Assembly (NCBI GenBank): GCA_964372245.1
Contig: CAYJQE010000001.1
Coordinates: 11,745 to 75,744, forward strand
From: an uncultured Candidatus Saccharibacteria bacterium
Lineage (GTDB): Bacteria > Patescibacteriota > UBA1384 > CAYJQE01
Reading direction: 5' to 3'
Length of the DNA: 64,000 nucleotides
The notes beneath the pieces are model-generated. The model did not search any database, was not told the DNA's origin, and saw only the letters and a list, made by a program, of their open reading frames with translations. The stretch's first letter is position 1. Each line of letters begins with the position of its first letter. The position numbers and the translations under genes were made by a program. Positions 9,002 through 18,477 of this stretch are shown piece by piece.

Positions 9002-10396
9002 TTAAACTTGCCAAAAGGCTCGGAGCACCACCTCCGAGAGCGCCGGGTGGATATGAATCGAATTGGTGATCGCCGAAATTTTCCCCTCGGCCGCTTTCAT
9101 TGCGGTTACAATCTCTTGAATCAAGATTGAGGCTGCTGGCCCTAAGATATGGCCGCCAAGGATTGTTCGCGCCTTTCGATCTATGATTACCTTAACAAAA
9201 CCGGTCTCTTCCTCGATAGCTTTGCCCATGCCGGTGTTTTTGTAGCGGCTTAGCCCGACTTGATAGTCGAGACCGAGATCGGTCGCCGCTTCCTCGGTCA
9301 AGCCAACGCCGGCCACTTGGGGCGAAGAAAAAATAGCGTGGGGCATGGCGGCATAGTCAACCGCCAACTTTTTCTCGCTGAAGAGATTGTTTCTGACGTA
9401 GACCGCTTCAAGGTTAGCCGAATGCTTAAAGGCGAACTTGCCGGCTATGTCGCCAAGCGCGAAGAGTCCTGGCTGACTGGTCTCCAAAAATTGGTCGGTT
9501 TTTATATAACCTTTTTCATCCAGTTCAATCTCGGCCTTCTCGGCTTGAATCAGATCGCTGTTCGGTCGGCGGCCGGTGGCGATAAGCAACTCCTCGGCCG
9601 AAATCTCCTTTTCGCCCGATCGAGATAAAAGGGTCGTGACTTTCAGACCGTTCTCGAGCCTGACTCGCTTGACGGTTGAGTTGAAGATGAGGTCAAACTT
9701 TTGACTGAAAAGTTCGGTAAAGGTTTCAGAAATCGCCCGGTCTTCCCTTTTAATCAGCCGATCACCTCGATCAACGATCGTTATCTTCGAGCCGAGCGAG
9801 CCAAAGAAGTGCGCCAGTTCAGCCGAGATATAACCGCCGCCGAGGATGATGATTGACTTAGGCAGCCGCTTGAGCCTTAAAGCCTCGGTGCTAGTCAGGC
9901 AGCCAACGCTCTCGAGACCTTCAATTGGCGGTCTGGTCGGTCTTGTGCCCGCGGCAATAAGGATTTTCTCGGCCCTTAATCGCTCGCCCGACTTGGTTTC
10001 GAGGGTTTTTCGACCGACAAAAAAACCTCGCTCTTTATAGAGTGTTAAATTGGGATTATTTCTGATCGCGACCTCGATTTTTTGGGCCTCGCCATCAACC
10101 TGCCGACTAGCTCGGCCAACAATTTTTTTAAGGTCTATCGAGTCGAGCTTGACATCCAGTCCAAAAAGATGAGCCCTCTTTATCTCCGTTAGGAGATCGG
10201 CTGCGTGAATCAGCATTTTTGAGGGAATACAGCCCCGGTTGAGACAGGTTCCGCCCATCGGCCCCTCTTCGATCAAAGCGCATTTCAACCCCTTCTGTCT
10301 CGCGGCGTAAGCCGCGACGTCGAGGCCAGAACCGGCGCCGATAACTATTAAATCATATTCTTTCATCCTGCCGCTCTTGCCTTTGCTTTTTATCAA
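9002..10396 (-). CDS. Dihydrolipoyl dehydrogenase-family FAD/NAD(P) disulfide oxidoreductase
   Basis: FAD-binding YDLIVIGAGSGL, redox-active disulfide GGTCLNRGCIPSK, second Rossmann fold IIILGGGYISAE and C-terminal HIHPALSE (the HxHPTLSE interface motif). Confidence 0.7.
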   Translation of the reverse strand: MIKSKGKSGRMKEYDLIVIGAGSGLDVAAYAARQKGLKCALIEEGPMGGTCLNRGCIPSKMLIHAADLLTEIKRAHLFGLDVKLDSIDLKKIVGRASRQVDGEAQKIEVAIRNNPNLTLYKERGFFVGRKTLETKSGERLRAEKILIAAGTRPTRPPIEGLESVGCLTSTEALRLKRLPKSIIILGGGYISAELAHFFGSLGSKITIVDRGDRLIKREDRAISETFTELFSQKFDLIFNSTVKRVRLENGLKVTTLLSRSGEKEISAEELLIATGRRPNSDLIQAEKAEIELDEKGYIKTDQFLETSQPGLFALGDIAGKFAFKHSANLEAVYVRNNLFSEKKLAVDYAAMPHAIFSSPQVAGVGLTEEAATDLGLDYQVGLSRYKNTGMGKAIEEETGFVKVIIDRKARTILGGHILGPAASILIQEIVTAMKAAEGKISAITNSIHIHPALSEVVLRAFWQV

Positions 10397-10468
10397 CCCT
10401 CTTAGAATCCCTGGTGGTAGGCTTTAGAGCTTGAACTTTCTCTTTAGTCTTCCTTGTCCCAATCTAGA

Positions 10469-12961
10469 TCAGCTTGGTCTTCCGACCAACCGCTCTTCTT
10501 TTTCGAGGACGATCCGTTTTTCAATTAATGGTTCTCCCTTCCGGACTTTGAAATTCAAGTTCTGGGCGCTAAATCCCGGCTTTGTGGTTGTGATCGAGTA
10601 GCTCCCCTCTTTGCTCAAAAATTGGAATCGGCCGGTCTTGTTGCTTACGGTTGAGCCGACAAGCCTTTCCCGACCGTCATCTTTGGTTAAAAGCCGAACC
10701 AGGGCGAGGGCGACTGGTTGGTCTTGTCTGGTGGCGATCTTGCCGAAAGGTCTTTTTTGAAAGAGAAGAATCAGTTCGATCAGCCAAAACAAGAGATAGA
10801 CGACGCCGAGGAGAATCATCCTTGTTGACCGCTCCGAATAGAACAAATAGGCGGCGCTTAAAGTGCCGGCGATGAGAAGCGGCCAGTGGAGAGCCCGGAG
10901 ATAATCGAACAGTCGCTGCAATCTAAAAGCCCGTCTGACCGAGGCTAGGCTGGCTTTTTGGTTTTGATTGAGGTTAACATCGAGAGCGATTCTTTGGTTT
11001 TCTCTCGCTACCTCGATCGGCTGGCTTTCAAAAATTTTAAAGTGAGAGTGGCGAACGATGATCTTGAAATGGCCGGTTTCGGCCAAAAAACCGAACCGGC
11101 CGGTCTCATCAGTTGTTGACTGTTCGACCACTCGGCCTTTGTCAAGATCGATCAACTGAACTATCGCTCCGAGGACCGGCAGCTCGGTCGCTCGATCTCT
11201 AATAGTTCCAAAAGGCTTCTTCTTTTTTCTTGTGACATAGCCCAAGGGGAGAAGATTCCGGAGCGGGGGCAAGCCAGTCAGGATGTTGGAACTCAAAGCG
11301 CCGGCGACCGTTGGCAACGAGAGGAGGCCGACGGCGGCCAAAAGAGCTGTCAGTTGGAGAGTCGCCTTCCTGACCAAGACTTCAAATGTCCCGCTCTTTT
11401 TTGATGTCTCTTCCTCGATGCCCGAGATTGCTTGACCGACGACCGACAGCTCAAGGAGGAAGTTTTGATCGGACGGTTTTCTCAAAATGAGCCGGCCGTT
11501 GAGAATCGAGCCGTCGTCTCCAAGTTGAGCTGAAAATTCGCCCTCGATTTCCTCTGAATCAAGGCGACCAGAGAACTCACCGATTAAGCCGCCGTCCTGC
11601 CCCAATCTAGCCTCGATCATTCCAGTTAAAACAGCAGTTTTGTCTTCTCCCTCTTTGAGATCGGATTGGTCTTGAGGAGTCGGGATGGCGAAAGGCAAAA
11701 TCTCGCCGGACACCCGCCCGTTCTTGAGAGTCAAGTCCGCGGTCACGCTTCCTTGACTGATCGGCGGACTCGTCTCGGTTAAAGAACTTGGTTCTTGAGA
11801 GTCAGAAGTGGCAACCAAGCCTTTCGAATCTTTGGCCGAAGATCCCGAACTCACTCCCGTTTTTGGTTTGGAATCGGTTTTAGAGGTCGATTTGATCGTT
11901 CCGCCAGTCGAGCCTCCAACCTCGACTGAACCGGCTATTTGACCTTGACCGCTCGATCCGGTTTTGCTTGTCGGACTAGAAGACCCGCTTCCGGTGGTCG
12001 AGCCGGTCGAACCAGTCGAGCCGGACCCGCTAGTCGAACCAGTCGAGCTGGTCCCGCCGGTCGAAGTCGTTTGGCCGCCTGATCCGGTCGTACCGCCGGT
12101 TCCCCCACTCGAGCTGGTGGTAAAGCTGCGTGAAGCGTAACCCTCGCTCCCAAGATCGTGATTGTCCCAGACGGAAACTCTCAACTCGTAACTTGTTCCG
12201 CTCTCAAGTTCGACCAATCTCGATGTGGCCGAGCTGGTGGTTTTTGAGGTGTCAAGAACCGTTGTTTGGCCCTTGAGCACAATTAAGCGGTAGGCCGATT
12301 GAGTGTCTGACGAGTTCGAGTCGGTAAAGACCCAGCTTAACGTATATTTGGTCTGGCCGGACGACGGCTCGGCGTAAGCCAAACTGGTTGCTTGAGGGGC
12401 CGAGTTTTGCTCAACCGTCACATTGACCGAGGTTCGGTATTGGTATGATGAAGGGCAGAGAGCTATGAACTCCATGATGTATTTTCCCGCGATTGGACTG
12501 TCGGTCGCGCTGCCGGATTTGATCGAGCTAACCTGCGAAACATTGTAGCGAACCAAGTCTTGACCTTGAGGGTCGGTGATAAAGAAATCGAGGTAGGCGG
12601 TCGAGGGGTTGTCCTTCAGGTTTGAGTGGGTAAAGGAGAAGTCGAGGGTTTCACCCTCAATAATCGTCAAATTGATGGCGTCGTCGAGTTTTTGATTCGG
12701 CGGCGGGGTATGGGATTTGGTTTGATCCTCGGCGGTGTGGCTTTTGCCGGGTGGGGCGTTGGCGCACATCTCGTAAGTCATGCCTTGAGCCGAGAGTCGA
12801 ATGATACGACGAACATCGATCGAAACCAAACCGAGGAAGATTAAAAAGACAGCCAAAAGGACCCCCCAGTGAATGTGGCGATGATATCGTCCCTCGTGCC
12901 AAAGTCTGTACCAGAGATGACGAGAAACGAGATGACTATGAATTCTTCTCATCATTGACAA
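10469..12961 (-). CDS. Large membrane-anchored surface protein: N-terminal TM, Fn3-like domain, Gly/Ser/Thr-rich linker, CarboxypepD_reg-like domains, C-terminal TM segments
   Basis: 830 aa with an N-terminal TM (GVLLAVFLIFLGLVSI). Fn3-like signature (YTLSW...YELRVSVWDNHD). ~60-aa GST low-complexity tract. Two D..TG.F.F..L..G.Y-type beta-sandwich motifs and C-terminal hydrophobic helices. Confidence 0.6.
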   Translation of the reverse strand: MSMMRRIHSHLVSRHLWYRLWHEGRYHRHIHWGVLLAVFLIFLGLVSIDVRRIIRLSAQGMTYEMCANAPPGKSHTAEDQTKSHTPPPNQKLDDAINLTIIEGETLDFSFTHSNLKDNPSTAYLDFFITDPQGQDLVRYNVSQVSSIKSGSATDSPIAGKYIMEFIALCPSSYQYRTSVNVTVEQNSAPQATSLAYAEPSSGQTKYTLSWVFTDSNSSDTQSAYRLIVLKGQTTVLDTSKTTSSATSRLVELESGTSYELRVSVWDNHDLGSEGYASRSFTTSSSGGTGGTTGSGGQTTSTGGTSSTGSTSGSGSTGSTGSTTGSGSSSPTSKTGSSGQGQIAGSVEVGGSTGGTIKSTSKTDSKPKTGVSSGSSAKDSKGLVATSDSQEPSSLTETSPPISQGSVTADLTLKNGRVSGEILPFAIPTPQDQSDLKEGEDKTAVLTGMIEARLGQDGGLIGEFSGRLDSEEIEGEFSAQLGDDGSILNGRLILRKPSDQNFLLELSVVGQAISGIEEETSKKSGTFEVLVRKATLQLTALLAAVGLLSLPTVAGALSSNILTGLPPLRNLLPLGYVTRKKKKPFGTIRDRATELPVLGAIVQLIDLDKGRVVEQSTTDETGRFGFLAETGHFKIIVRHSHFKIFESQPIEVARENQRIALDVNLNQNQKASLASVRRAFRLQRLFDYLRALHWPLLIAGTLSAAYLFYSERSTRMILLGVVYLLFWLIELILLFQKRPFGKIATRQDQPVALALVRLLTKDDGRERLVGSTVSNKTGRFQFLSKEGSYSITTTKPGFSAQNLNFKVRKGEPLIEKRIVLEKEERLVGRPS

Positions 12962-13117
12962 TTATATCTTACCATCCGGCCCAACTTTGATCACGACTGT
13001 TTTTTGAGCGGGGGCCAAACCTTACCAATCGCCCGAGTCTAAGACCATTGCCCGATCAATTTCAGTCTGTTCATCAATCGAGTAGGCTATACTCGATGTT
13101 ATTGTTAAATTGAGGCG

Positions 13118-13822
13118 GTGACAATCATGGATCGAGAGAGATTGCTTTTTGTTGATATTGAGACCTTACCGGCGGCAAAATCGCTTATGCCAAAGCTTAA
13201 AAGCTACTTTGTTGGCCGACGGAAAAGAGAGGGCAAGAGTTTCACTCAAAAAGATATCGATGGTTATCACAAAAGCAGTTCGCTTTTGGCCGAATGGGGT
13301 CGGGTATTGTGTGTCGGTTGGGCGCGTGGCGACCAGCCGGCCGAGATTATAGCTCAAACGAGTGAGGCAATTGAAAGCGATTGGCAGTCGGCCGAACGAA
13401 AGACCCTGAGTGATTTTTGGCGGCTTTTTCGTCCCGAGACGATTTTTGTCGGCCACAACATTTTTAATTTCGATCTGCCTTTTTTGATTAAACGTTCGAT
13501 TATCCATCGAATCAGACCGCCGGCTATCTCTTTTCATCGCTATCGCTCTGACCCGATCTTTGACACTATGCTTGAATGGAATCGCTGGGCCTTTCGAAGT
13601 AGTGTCAGTCTCGATCTGTTGGCTCAAATTTTTGATCTCGAATCGTCGAAAAAGGAGATTGATGGCAGCCGGGTCTATCAAGCCTTTAAGGCCGGAAAGC
13701 TTGATCTTATTCTTGACTACTGTCGAAGAGATGTCGAGCTGACGAGGGCGATTTACGATCGGCTCAATTTTTCCGATCAGTTAAGCCAAAACTCTTTCGG
13801 TGATTCAAAAAAGTGGCTATAA
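13118..13822 (+). CDS. DEDD-family 3'-5' exonuclease (RNase H-like fold, PolB-exonuclease-like)
   Basis: Exo I LLFVDIETLP, Exo II FVGHNIFNFDLPFL, Exo III YCRRDVELT. 13118 is a GTG; the first ATG is at 13127. Confidence 0.6.
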   Translation: MTIMDRERLLFVDIETLPAAKSLMPKLKSYFVGRRKREGKSFTQKDIDGYHKSSSLLAEWGRVLCVGWARGDQPAEIIAQTSEAIESDWQSAERKTLSDFWRLFRPETIFVGHNIFNFDLPFLIKRSIIHRIRPPAISFHRYRSDPIFDTMLEWNRWAFRSSVSLDLLAQIFDLESSKKEIDGSRVYQAFKAGKLDLILDYCRRDVELTRAIYDRLNFSDQLSQNSFGDSKKWL

Positions 13823-14169
13823 TCGTGATTATGAATCACTTTCCAGACGAATTCATCGCTCAAAGAAAAGCCGCTCTCTTAGAGAAGCAGAAAAATTTGC
13901 TTTCCGAAATAAATCGTCTCGAGGATGAGGAGTCGAGAGATTCTGGTTCTGACTATTCCGAGGACGACCTTTCTCAAAGAGCTCAAGATCGCTATGACGA
14001 AGGCGCGATCGAGGACCGGTTGAGAAAAGACCTCGAGAAGGTTGATGCCGCTCTCTTGCGGATCGAATCCTCAACCTATGGCGTCTGTGGCAATTGCCAA
14101 AAATTGATTGACCGAGCGAGACTGGAAGCTTTGCCAGAAGCCGGGATCTGTCTTGAGTGCAGTCGTTAA
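13813..14169 (+). CDS. DksA/TraR-family C4-type zinc-finger protein
   Basis: C-terminal CGNCQKLIDRARLEALPEAGICLEC (Cx2C-x17-Cx2C) with an acidic coiled-coil N-terminal half. Confidence 0.6.
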   Translation: MAIIVIMNHFPDEFIAQRKAALLEKQKNLLSEINRLEDEESRDSGSDYSEDDLSQRAQDRYDEGAIEDRLRKDLEKVDAALLRIESSTYGVCGNCQKLIDRARLEALPEAGICLECSR

Positions 14170-14181
14170 ATAGTTATTGAT

Positions 14182-15183
14182 ATGGTCCGAGCGACTTCAG
14201 TCGAGAGGCTGCTGAAGCAAAGACTCGGTCAGTCTTTGACAGAGAACGTTTCGCTTCGAGATCACTCGTCGCTTAAGGTTGGCGGGGTGGCCGATTACTT
14301 TTTCGTCGCTCAAACAACCGCCGATCTGACTCGGGCCATCTCGGCCGCTTTGGAGGCCGAGATTGGCTATTTTATCCTCGGCGGCGGCTCGAATGTGGTT
14401 TTTTCCGACACCGGTCTGCCCGGTCTGGTGATTAAGAATCGAGCTCGGTCGGTTGTTGTGGACGAAAGCAAGGCTCAAGTGATTGCCGATTCGGGCGCGA
14501 CTTGGGCTCAAGTCCTGCCTCAAGCCGCCTCTTTCGGACTAGGCGGCATGGAGGCCTTTATGGGCCTGCCGGGGACGATCGGCGGGGCGATTTATGGCAA
14601 TGCCGAGTGTTTCGGCCTCGAGACGGCCAGCCAGTTAATTGATCTGACCTTAATAAGGCCGCTGACCGCTCAAAGCTTAGTCCAGAAAAAAAACTTTTTC
14701 CGGCTTGTTCATCTCAAGTCGGGGGCTCTTCAGTTTCGCTATCGAAGCTCGAGTCTAAAAGAAGACCGGGCCGAGATGAAGCCGGTTATTCTAACGGCCA
14801 GGTTCCAGCTTTCTCACGCGAGGCCGGATGTGATTCTGAAGCGGATGAAAGATTATTTATCTCGTCGTCAAGCTCTTTCCCAGGCCAAGGGCCTGCCCTC
14901 GTCGGGCAGCTTTTTCAAGAATCCCGGCGGTCGAAGATTCGGGCCTTCGGGGCTCGAGCTTGAACCGGAAAAAACGGCTGGCTTTTTGATTGACCAAAGC
15001 GGCCTTAAGGGCGCCCGATTGGGTCAGGCCGAAGTCAGTCGCGATCATGCCAACTTTATCGTCAACCGTGGCCAGGCCAGCGCCGAGGAGATTAGACTTT
15101 TGGCCGACAAGGTCAAGTCGGAAGTTTTGGCTAAATTCGGTCTTAAGCTTGAGGAAGAAGTAGAATATATTGGCCGGTGGTAA
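14182..15183 (+). CDS. murB: UDP-N-acetylenolpyruvoylglucosamine reductase
   Basis: FAD-binding PCMH domain (LKVGGVADYFF, ILGGGSNVVFSD) and MurB C-terminal domain (PSSGSFFKNP). Confidence 0.8.
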   Translation: MVRATSVERLLKQRLGQSLTENVSLRDHSSLKVGGVADYFFVAQTTADLTRAISAALEAEIGYFILGGGSNVVFSDTGLPGLVIKNRARSVVVDESKAQVIADSGATWAQVLPQAASFGLGGMEAFMGLPGTIGGAIYGNAECFGLETASQLIDLTLIRPLTAQSLVQKKNFFRLVHLKSGALQFRYRSSSLKEDRAEMKPVILTARFQLSHARPDVILKRMKDYLSRRQALSQAKGLPSSGSFFKNPGGRRFGPSGLELEPEKTAGFLIDQSGLKGARLGQAEVSRDHANFIVNRGQASAEEIRLLADKVKSEVLAKFGLKLEEEVEYIGRW

Positions 15184-15259
15184 AAAGCCCAAGACTTGCG
15201 GAACTGATCTTGCCGGCTGAACATGAGAGCTTGATATAAGCTTGTTTCAATGAGGGGAG

Positions 15260-16120
15260 ATGCGCGATTTTCGAAATCAATCAAAACCGAGACGTTGGAT
15301 CCGACCGGGTCGGCTGCCCGACGTTTTCGGGCCAAAGCGCCTGACTCAAAAGCTCGTTCGGCCGAGTGGTTATCGTTTGGGTTCGGTTCGCCTCAAGACA
15401 AAACCGTTTTTTGCTCGGCCCTCTATCGCCTGGCCCTTGGTTCGTCGAGTCGTCATTCTTGGTTCGGTCGCGTTCATTCTTTACCTCTTCATTCTCTCTC
15501 CGGTCTTCAAGGTCTCGGAGATCGTGGTTGAGAATAGTAATTTTATCCCCTCCGAGCTCATTGCCGGCCGATTGCCGAGAGGAAAAAACATCTTTCTTGT
15601 CAACGGTCGCCGGATTGAGCGCGATCTTTTGGCCACCTTTCCGGTTATCTCGAAGGCGGTGGTTTTCCGGGGCTTGCCGAACACAATTAAGGTCTTAATC
15701 AGCGAGAAAGACTCAAACCTGACCTTAATCGCCGGCGCGAAACATTACAAGCTTGATGAAACTGGCGCGATATACAAGGTGGCGGAGGATGATGAGCCGG
15801 AGAGCCGACTCGTTGTTGATTTTAGGGAGAGAGAGTTTTCGCTTGGCCAATCGGTTGTGGACCGGGCGACGGTTGAATTTATCGACGAGACATTTTCTCG
15901 CTATCCGACGGTTGTCGGCGGCCCGATTCTTCGAGCCGAAATTTATGACAGTCCCTACGATATTGACTTTATTACCGATCGAGCGATCAAGATTCGGCTC
16001 GACACGACTCGGCCGCTCGAGGATCAACTTTTGGGTCTGAAAAGAATTTTTGATTTGGCTGAAGGTCAGATCAAGAAATATGTTGATCTCCGGGTTGAGG
16101 GCTGGGGTTACTATCTTTAA
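15260..16120 (+). CDS. ftsQ: FtsQ/DivIB-like cell-division protein (TM plus POTRA domain)
   Basis: Single TM helix (VVILGSVAFILYLFILS) followed by a POTRA-like KVSEIVVENSNFIPSELI. Positioned after murB, as in dcw clusters. Confidence 0.6.
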   Translation: MRDFRNQSKPRRWIRPGRLPDVFGPKRLTQKLVRPSGYRLGSVRLKTKPFFARPSIAWPLVRRVVILGSVAFILYLFILSPVFKVSEIVVENSNFIPSELIAGRLPRGKNIFLVNGRRIERDLLATFPVISKAVVFRGLPNTIKVLISEKDSNLTLIAGAKHYKLDETGAIYKVAEDDEPESRLVVDFREREFSLGQSVVDRATVEFIDETFSRYPTVVGGPILRAEIYDSPYDIDFITDRAIKIRLDTTRPLEDQLLGLKRIFDLAEGQIKKYVDLRVEGWGYYL

Positions 16121-16127
16121 CTTGGCG

Positions 16128-17822
16128 ATGGAGATTCCAAAACTCAAAACCGGGCGGAGCTGGAGGCTGGCGAAAAGAGAGTCGGCGACTTTACTCGACC
16201 AACTCCTGATCAACCGAGGCATCTCTTTGGCCGGAAAAGGGAGATTTTTGGAACCTGATTTTGATCGCGATTTCCGAGATCCCTTTGAAATAAAGGGTCT
16301 TTTAGAGGCGACGCGGCTGATCAAGACGGCGGTTGAGGCGAGGGAGAAAATCGGGATTTTTGCCGATTACGATGCCGACGGTATCACGGCTGGCGCCCTG
16401 TTTTGGCGGGCTCTCAATCGCCTTTCCGGCCGGACAAACGTTTATCTGCCGAGCCGCCGGGCCGGTTATGGCCTTTCCAAAGAGGGGATCTTGGCTTTAA
16501 AGAATCAGGGCGCTTTGCTGATTGTCGCCTTTGATCTTGGCCAGACAGCCAAAGCTGAAGTCGCCTATGCCAAAAAGCTTGGCCTCGAGGTGATTATTGT
16601 TGATCACCATCATATCTTGGAGTCACAACTGCCCAAAGGGGCGATCATCATTAATCCCAAGCAGGCTTCCTGCCCGTCGCCCTTTAAGGACTTCTCGGCC
16701 GGCGGACTAGCTTACAAGCTGGTAACCGGCTTGGCAAAAGATTTCCCTCACCAGTTGACCGGCGCTTGGTTGAAGTGGGAGATAGACCTGCCGGCAATTT
16801 CAACAATTGCCGACCTTGTTCCCCTCCTTGATGAAAACCGTCTGATTGCCCGATTTGGTCTTAAGGTTCTGAACCAGACGAGAAATATCGGCCTTCAAGC
16901 CCTGAAAATAAAAGCCGGGCTGACGGACAAGATCAAGGCCTCAAAGGTCGGTTTTGTCATCGCGCCGAGGATCAATGCCGCCGGTCGAATTGACGATCCG
17001 AAAAAGAGCTTTGAGCTTTTAATTTCGACCGAGCGATCCCAAGCGATGGCGATCGCCTCGATACTTGAAGAACTCAATCTCAAGCGGCAGCGAAAGGTCG
17101 AAGAGGCCCTTTTAGAGGCAGTGGTGGAAGTCGAGGGCTCTGCTTCGCCGGTCTTGGTTGTCGGTCGGCCGGACTGGTTGCCCGGCGTCTGGGGCCTAGT
17201 CGCGGCGAAATTGGTTGAGCAGTTTAATCGTCCGGCCTTGGTTTATGGTCTGTCTGGCGGTCTGGCTCGGGGCTCGGCTCGATCGGTTGAAGGGTTTCAT
17301 TTGGTTGAAGCCTTTTCGGCCAACCGAGAACTTTTCGAGGGTTTTGGCGGTCACGCCAGAGCGGCCGGTTTTCAGTTTAATCCGAAAGCGGTCGAGACGG
17401 TCAGGGAAAAGCTCGGCTTGCTGGCAGAAAAGCTTTCACCCCGAGGTTTTAAATCAGAACTAAAGATTGACAGCGAGCTCTCCCTTGGGAAAATTGATCG
17501 TCAGCTGGTCAAAGAGTTGTCCCTTCTTGAGCCTCACGGCCTTGGCAATCCTGAACCGAAATTTCTTTCAAAAGCGGTTCAACTCTTCGAGCCTCAACTG
17601 GTCGGTGGGACTGGCAAGCATCTTCGGGCAAAGATCTTTGCTGGCGAGACGATCTTCTCGGTTATTGCTTTTAATCAAGGCCGGTCTTTGATTGATCTGG
17701 TCAAAAATGGCCCGATTGATATGGTTTTCAGTCTCTCAATCAATCGCTTTAGAGGCAAAGAATCAATTGAAGTCAAGATCGTCGAAGCCAGATCGGCCGG
17801 AAGTTCAAGCTTTTCAGATTGA
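16128..17822 (+). CDS. recJ: Single-stranded-DNA-specific exonuclease RecJ
   Basis: DHH motifs (IFADYDADGITAGA, VIIVDHHH) and a DHHA1 domain (GGHARAAGF). ATG at 16128 lies just after the ftsQ stop; the upstream part of the 16050 ORF overlaps ftsQ. Confidence 0.85.
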   Translation: MEIPKLKTGRSWRLAKRESATLLDQLLINRGISLAGKGRFLEPDFDRDFRDPFEIKGLLEATRLIKTAVEAREKIGIFADYDADGITAGALFWRALNRLSGRTNVYLPSRRAGYGLSKEGILALKNQGALLIVAFDLGQTAKAEVAYAKKLGLEVIIVDHHHILESQLPKGAIIINPKQASCPSPFKDFSAGGLAYKLVTGLAKDFPHQLTGAWLKWEIDLPAISTIADLVPLLDENRLIARFGLKVLNQTRNIGLQALKIKAGLTDKIKASKVGFVIAPRINAAGRIDDPKKSFELLISTERSQAMAIASILEELNLKRQRKVEEALLEAVVEVEGSASPVLVVGRPDWLPGVWGLVAAKLVEQFNRPALVYGLSGGLARGSARSVEGFHLVEAFSANRELFEGFGGHARAAGFQFNPKAVETVREKLGLLAEKLSPRGFKSELKIDSELSLGKIDRQLVKELSLLEPHGLGNPEPKFLSKAVQLFEPQLVGGTGKHLRAKIFAGETIFSVIAFNQGRSLIDLVKNGPIDMVFSLSINRFRGKESIEVKIVEARSAGSSSFSD

Positions 17823-17875
17823 TCTTAAATCCGCCGGCTTTTAATCGCTAACTCCTTTCCGGTAAGATAAAAAAG

Positions 17876-18337
17876 ATGAAAGTCAAAGTCGGGGAGATCG
17901 CGCCGGACTTCTCTTTGCCCGATCAAAACAACAAAAAACATCGACTTTCCGATTACCGAGGCGCTTTCGTGCTCCTGTATTTTTACCCGAAAGATGACAC
18001 TCCCGGTTGCGCCACCGAGGCTATGACGATCCGAGACGTCTTTCAAGATTTTAAGGCGAAAAAGGTGGTCGTTTTGGGGGTAAGCGGCGATTCGGTCGAG
18101 AGTCACAAAAAATTTGCCCAAAAATACGCTCTCCCCTTCGTTCTTTTAGCTGATTCGGAAAACTCGGTTCTTGAGCGATACGGCGTCTTCGAGAAAAAAA
18201 ATCTCTTTGGCAAGAAGTCTCTCGGCATCAAACGATCGTCAGTCTTGATTGATCAGGCCGGAATAATTTCCAAGATCTACGAAACCGTTAAGCCCGAGCT
18301 TCACGCTGGTCAGGTCCTTGAAGACCTGCCTCTCTAA
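17876..18337 (+). CDS. bcp: Thiol peroxidase of the AhpC/TSA family (Bcp-type peroxiredoxin)
   Basis: Peroxidatic Cys motif PKDDTPGCATEA; 153 aa. Confidence 0.8.
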   Translation: MKVKVGEIAPDFSLPDQNNKKHRLSDYRGAFVLLYFYPKDDTPGCATEAMTIRDVFQDFKAKKVVVLGVSGDSVESHKKFAQKYALPFVLLADSENSVLERYGVFEKKNLFGKKSLGIKRSSVLIDQAGIISKIYETVKPELHAGQVLEDLPL

Positions 18338-18477
18338 AGCCGGCTCTGCCGAAAGCTGGCGGGAGGACTGGCGGCTTTTTCAATTTTTAACCCAGATATC
18401 GAACAATCGGCCGATAAAGGTTCCGGCTTGAAACGAAGTTTGATTTCGGGTTTAAGCTAAAGTGTTAGTTTGAGTCT

